A DNA stretch of 10,967 nt, taken from IMG/VR virus record IMGVR_UViG_3300045988_159075, positions 1-10,967 of that record. One strand, written 5' to 3'. Numbering within the stretch: position 1 is the stretch's first letter; the number at the start of each line of letters is the position of its first letter. Shown here piece by piece: positions 6,835 through 10,967 of the stretch. The stretch is from a virus. The translations under genes and the position numbers were made by a program. Below the pieces are notes generated by a model. The model was not told where the DNA came from. It did not search any database and was given only the letters and a program-made list of their open reading frames with translations.

Positions 6835-6846
6835 GAGATAAAAATC

Positions 6847-7029
6847 ATGGATGAAAAGAAAAAAACACAGATTAAAAACGCATTTACTACATTTGTCAAG
6901 GCGTTGATTCCCCCTATAATTGCGCTAATATCCGCTATCCTCACAACTATTGTAAGCGGTGATAATATAGCAGTTGCTACTTCAGTTGGAGCAGTTGCAG
7001 GATACGTCGCTAATAACGTTGTAGGATAA
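6847..7029 (+). CDS. Small hydrophobic glycine-zipper membrane peptide (60 aa), holin-like candidate.
   Basis: Strong Shine-Dalgarno AGGAGA 8 nt upstream of the ATG. Basic N-terminus MDEKKKTQIKNAF, then a hydrophobic segment, then a Gly/Ala/Val-rich segment (VATSVGAVAGYVANNVVG). TAA stop. Confidence 0.6.
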   Translation: MDEKKKTQIKNAFTTFVKALIPPIIALISAILTTIVSGDNIAVATSVGAVAGYVANNVVG

Positions 7030-7032
7030 ATT

Positions 7033-7197
7033 ATGGACAAATTATTCAAGACATTATTGAAAGTAGGAACAACAGTTGCAGCAGTTGTAATATCTAACGC
7101 TTGCGGAGTTGATAAAAACATGGCTATTGCAATCGGTTCTGTTGTAGGTTCTACCGTTAGCGGTACGTTTGATTTATCTATTAAAGATGGAAAGTAA
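7033..7197 (+). CDS. Paralogous small hydrophobic glycine-zipper peptide (54 aa).
   Basis: Same architecture (MDK..., two short hydrophobic Gly/Ala/Val segments AAVVISNACGV / AIAIGSVVGSTVSG). Same reading frame as the upstream peptide, one stop plus one codon apart. AGGAT Shine-Dalgarno. Confidence 0.55.
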   Translation: MDKLFKTLLKVGTTVAAVVISNACGVDKNMAIAIGSVVGSTVSGTFDLSIKDGK

Positions 7198-7202
7198 ATA
7201 AA

Positions 7203-8384
7203 ATGAAAGTTGAACAGATACATACAATTGTAAATGAAATAACAAAAGAATTGCTTGGCGAAACCGCTGTAGTAAATGAAGATTTGTCAAATATTGTTGA
7301 CATAGGCCAGACCTTATTTGATTCAACAAGCGTTGACAATTATGTTAAAACACTTTGCGACCATATCGGCAAAGTTGTTTTTGTTAACCGCTCATACGCT
7401 GGTAATGTTCCTAGCGTTTTAATGGACGGTTGGGAATACGGTTCGGTACTTGAAAAAATAAGTGCAGATATTCCCGAAGCAAAAGAAAATGAAACGTGGG
7501 AACTTACGAATGGTCAAAGTTACGATGTTAACGTGTTCTACAAGCCGACAGTTGCAACAAAGTTCTTCAATAAGAAAGTAACTTTTGAAATACCAATGTC
7601 ATTTACAGAAAAACAGGTTAAAGGTTCATTCAGTTCTGCTGAACAGATGAACGGTTTTCTGTCTATGATTCAGAACGCCGTTGAAAAGTCAATGACTGTT
7701 AAAATTGATTCTCTTATTATGAGAACAATCAACAATATGACGGCACAGACGGTTGTCAACGCTTTTGGAGTAGTTGACGCTGATACAGGCTATTCTGAAA
7801 AAAACAGTGTAAGGGCGGTTAACCTTTTGAAACAGTACAATGACAAGTTCGGCGGTGCATTGACCGCTGAAAAATGTTTGACAGACCCTGCATTTATCAG
7901 ATTTGCAACTTACACAATTTCATTGTATAGGGATAGACTTAGTAAAATATCTAACCTTTTCAATATTGGCGGTAAGTCAAGATTTACTGCAAATGATATG
8001 TTGCATACAGTTTTACTTGCGGATTTCAAGGCAAGCGCAACGGCGTATCTTGAAAGTGATACATTTCACAATGACCTTGTAAAGTTGCCTAATTCTGAAA
8101 CTGTACCGTATTGGCAGGGTAGCGGAACAAGTTACGGATTTGCGGATGTTTCTTCTATTGATGTTAAGACGCCGAACCTTAAGGCCGAAGGAACTGTTGA
8201 TGTGAAACTTAGCGGTATTTTAGGTGTTATGTTTGACCGGGACGCTTTGGGCGTTGCTAATCTTGACAGAAGAGTAACAACAAACTACAATGCAAAAGCA
8301 GAATTTTACAACAATTATTATAAATTTGATGCAGGTTATTTTAACGACACAAACGAAAACTTTATTGTATTCTTTGTAGCCTAA
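7203..8384 (+). CDS. Major capsid protein, phi29 gp8-like (HK97 fold), 393 aa, without a C-terminal BIG2 domain.
   Basis: DNYVKTLCDHIGKVVFV matches remembered gp8 NDFITSLVDRIGLVVIR. FSSAEQMNGFLSMIQNAVEKSMTVKIDSL matches [27 protein letters not shown]. Shorter than phi29 gp8 (448 aa). Followed by a strong terminator. Confidence 0.8.
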   Translation: MKVEQIHTIVNEITKELLGETAVVNEDLSNIVDIGQTLFDSTSVDNYVKTLCDHIGKVVFVNRSYAGNVPSVLMDGWEYGSVLEKISADIPEAKENETWELTNGQSYDVNVFYKPTVATKFFNKKVTFEIPMSFTEKQVKGSFSSAEQMNGFLSMIQNAVEKSMTVKIDSLIMRTINNMTAQTVVNAFGVVDADTGYSEKNSVRAVNLLKQYNDKFGGALTAEKCLTDPAFIRFATYTISLYRDRLSKISNLFNIGGKSRFTANDMLHTVLLADFKASATAYLESDTFHNDLVKLPNSETVPYWQGSGTSYGFADVSSIDVKTPNLKAEGTVDVKLSGILGVMFDRDALGVANLDRRVTTNYNAKAEFYNNYYKFDAGYFNDTNENFIVFFVA

Positions 8385-8404
8385 ATCAAGTTTATTAATT
8401 TGTA

Positions 8405-8434
8405 AGGGTTAGGTTTTCCTAACCCTATTTTTTT
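8405..8434 (+). terminator. Rho-independent terminator after the capsid gene.
   Basis: AGGGTTAGG (8405-8413), loop TTTT, CCTAACCCT (8418-8426), then a T7 run at 8428-8434. Confidence 0.85.
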
Positions 8435-8444
8435 AGGTATTAAA

Positions 8445-8876
8445 ATGAAAATTAATTTTTATAATTATACAGGTAAAAAAAATGTTATTCAAAAAACATT
8501 AGATAATCCGACGGAAAAAGATATTTTATTAAAAAATGATTTTTCAGAAATTGAAACATCAATTTTATTAAAAGATAATATATCTTTTAATTATTTGGAA
8601 TTACCTACATTAAAAAGATTTTATTTTATAAAAAACAAAACTATTTTAAGAACTGATTTAATACGAATTGATTTATCATTAGATGTATTAATGACTTATA
8701 AAGAAAATATATTAACATCAAAAGCAGTCATAATTGAAAGTGAAAATCCTAATATTAATGATATGACACATTCAACAAACAAAACAACAGAAGTAATAAA
8801 ATACGTATTTCCAAATAATCCGATAGATTACAATGGAAATATATCAATGGCTTGTATAAATGGGAGCATAGAATAA
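8445..8876 (+). CDS. Hypothetical protein (143 aa), possibly a neck or tail accessory protein.
   Basis: ATG 8445 just after the terminator. Its TAA stop overlaps the start of the tail gene (TAATG coupling). Confidence 0.55.
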   Translation: MKINFYNYTGKKNVIQKTLDNPTEKDILLKNDFSEIETSILLKDNISFNYLELPTLKRFYFIKNKTILRTDLIRIDLSLDVLMTYKENILTSKAVIIESENPNINDMTHSTNKTTEVIKYVFPNNPIDYNGNISMACINGSIE

Positions 8877-10897
8877 TGGCTAGAATACTTAGTATTAAAG
8901 TTGCTGATGATATTTTTAAAAATGGTACTGACGCATATATTAATTATAGTAGAAACGGATTTACAGGAAATATATCTACATCAAAAGAGGATACACTACC
9001 ATTATCAGCTTCTTTTGTACGTAATGACTATACACAAAATACTATCCCCGATTTAGGAATAGTCGTTAAAAACACTGATATAATCACAGATATATCAAAA
9101 ATGATTCTTAAAGGTGAGAATATCAATATTGAAAATATTACAACCGAGGATAAAATAACATCAACAGGAAGACATAGATTATTATTACATATACCCGAAA
9201 ATATAATTGTAAATCAAAATGCAACTATTACAATAAGCGGTGATTTTATTCAATATCCTGTTGAAAACCCTAAAATAACACCAACATATAATTTAACTAA
9301 TTGTTCAATATCACCACAACCAACAGAAATAAATAACGGTGATGAAATAACTTTTACAGTGTCTAAAAATAATGATACGGATATTTTTACAAACATACCT
9401 AATATTAACGGAAAAATTGACGGTGTAACATTTTCAAATGATTTTACATTAGATACAAATGGTAACTATATACTAACTAAACAATTTAATTTTACTGACG
9501 CTAACAATACTGAAATAACTATAAACGCCATTGCAAACACTATAGAAATTACACCGACAATAACAATTGAAGGTTCAACAGTCAAAATCCGCCCTAATAT
9601 TAGCGGCGGTGAATATGTAACTACATTAAAAAACGGTGTTGAATATTTAATTGAAACTGAAAGTGATAATCTAAACGGATATTTTTTTAAATCTATTCCT
9701 AAAATAATAGTTAAAATAAACGGTGTTTCAGAAACTATTAATATGTTAGACCAATATCCCGAAGCAACAAATAAAACTAAATATTATTTAGTGAAAACTT
9801 TTAATTTTAAATCTGAAAATGATACTGTAGATGTTATTGCGATAGCAACAGATACAATTATTATAGAACCAATATATAATATAGACCATTGTACAATAAA
9901 CCCAAAACCATTATTTATAAAACCTAAACAGGAATATACATTTAATGTAAAAGCCGATGAAGGATTTATATTTAAAACTACACCATATTTAAACCTTAAA
10001 TTAGACGGTTTAGAAAGTACAGTTACATTTGATAAAGTAGATGATTACACATTTACATTAACATATACATTTAATTTTATTTCTACAGGTTCAACAAGTA
10101 TAGAATTTAATTTATTCGCTAAATCTGAAAACAATCCGATAGCCCAAAAATACGGCTTTATAACATTATATAGCCCGACCACAAAAGAACTAATAGCAAT
10201 ATCAAGAAAAAGACTTCTAAAAGTTGCTAGTTCTAATGAAGGTTACGCGGATATTGATTTAGGGCAATATATTACTTCATTAAAAAGAATATTTTGTAAA
10301 ATTCCAACAGATGAATCTGAAAATGTTGTATTAGGTATTTTTAACACGGGTGTTTCTTGTAAATCAATACCAAATGACAATATAGAATTATCTTTCGGTG
10401 ATGTACAATGTAACGGTTATTATAATAATTCCCAAGATTTGACAGATACATCAATACAGATTTTATTACCATTTTGCAATGTAATTGATATTGAAACTAT
10501 TAATATTAATTCTAAAATTACTGTTAAAATGAATGTTAATGTTCTAAGTGGTAACGCAACAGTGCATATATATTCAGATGACATTTTAATAAAAACAGTT
10601 GATACAAATATTTCAATTAAAATACCATATACATTATATGGTCAAGTATCACAAGAATTAAGTGTACATAACCAAAGACAAAATGACAATGCGATATTTG
10701 AAATAATACCACAGATTATTGTATATGAAAAAATAAACAATAATAGTCATAATGTATATAATACTTCTAAATATGATTTAATTTCAAATGAAAAAGGCTT
10801 TTTCAGAATTGAGCATATAGAAATGAATATGAACATGAAAAGCGACGAATACGAATTAATAATAAATGAATTGAAAAACGGTTGTTATATTTCTTAA
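8876..10897 (+). CDS. Large tail/receptor-binding structural protein (673 aa from ATG 8876) with tandem Ig-like modules.
   Basis: ATG 8876 preceded by GGGAG at 9-nt spacing; the track's TTG 8852 start is an extension. Two clear ~90-aa repeats (ITPTYNLTNCSISPQP...EITFTV... and IEPIYNIDHCTINPKP...EYTFNV...) plus a third degenerate module. It is the only large ORF left for tail functions, and its TAA stop lies inside the terminal repeat array. Confidence 0.7.
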   Translation: MARILSIKVADDIFKNGTDAYINYSRNGFTGNISTSKEDTLPLSASFVRNDYTQNTIPDLGIVVKNTDIITDISKMILKGENINIENITTEDKITSTGRHRLLLHIPENIIVNQNATITISGDFIQYPVENPKITPTYNLTNCSISPQPTEINNGDEITFTVSKNNDTDIFTNIPNINGKIDGVTFSNDFTLDTNGNYILTKQFNFTDANNTEITINAIANTIEITPTITIEGSTVKIRPNISGGEYVTTLKNGVEYLIETESDNLNGYFFKSIPKIIVKINGVSETINMLDQYPEATNKTKYYLVKTFNFKSENDTVDVIAIATDTIIIEPIYNIDHCTINPKPLFIKPKQEYTFNVKADEGFIFKTTPYLNLKLDGLESTVTFDKVDDYTFTLTYTFNFISTGSTSIEFNLFAKSENNPIAQKYGFITLYSPTTKELIAISRKRLLKVASSNEGYADIDLGQYITSLKRIFCKIPTDESENVVLGIFNTGVSCKSIPNDNIELSFGDVQCNGYYNNSQDLTDTSIQILLPFCNVIDIETININSKITVKMNVNVLSGNATVHIYSDDILIKTVDTNISIKIPYTLYGQVSQELSVHNQRQNDNAIFEIIPQIIVYEKINNNSHNVYNTSKYDLISNEKGFFRIEHIEMNMNMKSDEYELIINELKNGCYIS

Positions 10898-10967
10898 TAC
10901 CTCATACGGGTAGTTATATTTCTTAATACCTCATACGGGTAGTTATATTTCTTAATACCTCATACGG
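10888..10967. repeat. 2.76 tandem copies of the same 29-bp unit; the last 51 nt are identical to window bases 1-51.
   Basis: Copies start at 10888, 10917 and 10946 (the last truncated by the window end). The array overlaps the tail gene's stop codon at 10895-10897. Confidence 0.9.

Noticed and set aside
6831-7223. 130-aa ORF on the minus strand, antisense to the two small-peptide genes.
   Set aside because: Open because the Gly/Ala/Val codons of the + strand peptides lack stops in antisense. No ribosome-binding site, and it would overlap the capsid gene start. The + strand peptides have strong Shine-Dalgarno sequences and fit the operon. Not fully excluded.
8263-8291. TTGACA-17-TACAAT promoter-like hexamers inside the 3' end of the capsid gene.
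   Set aside because: A promoter here would fire straight into the strong terminator at 8405-8434. Probably a chance match in AT-rich coding sequence.

Overview
The window reads as an essentially complete, very AT-rich, phi29-like podovirus genome of about 10.9 kb with a protein-primed family-B DNA polymerase. All 14 credible genes lie on the + strand. Gene order is: strong early promoter, two small early proteins, intrinsic terminator, putative terminal protein, protein-primed DNA polymerase, RHH-like DNA-binding protein, small ORF, gp16-like packaging ATPase, gp10-like portal/connector carrying a 7x heptad acidic tandem repeat, a 195-aa protein, a consensus late promoter, two paralogous small hydrophobic glycine-zipper peptides, gp8-like HK97-fold major capsid protein, strong terminator, a 143-aa ORF, and a 673-aa tail protein with tandem Ig-like modules. 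The first and last 51 nt of the window are identical and are built from a 29-bp tandem repeat, so this is a circular or overlapping contig. Bases 29-160 form a large imperfect palindrome (repeat unit, CTATAG box, perfect 14-bp palindrome, inverted repeat unit). It looks like a head-to-head junction of imperfect inverted terminal repeats, or an iteron-type origin. No endolysin, lower collar or tail knob could be recognised. TGA acts as a stop and Trp is always TGG, so the host uses code 11, not Mycoplasma code 4. All homology statements come from reading motifs against remembered phi29 protein sequences, not from database searches.
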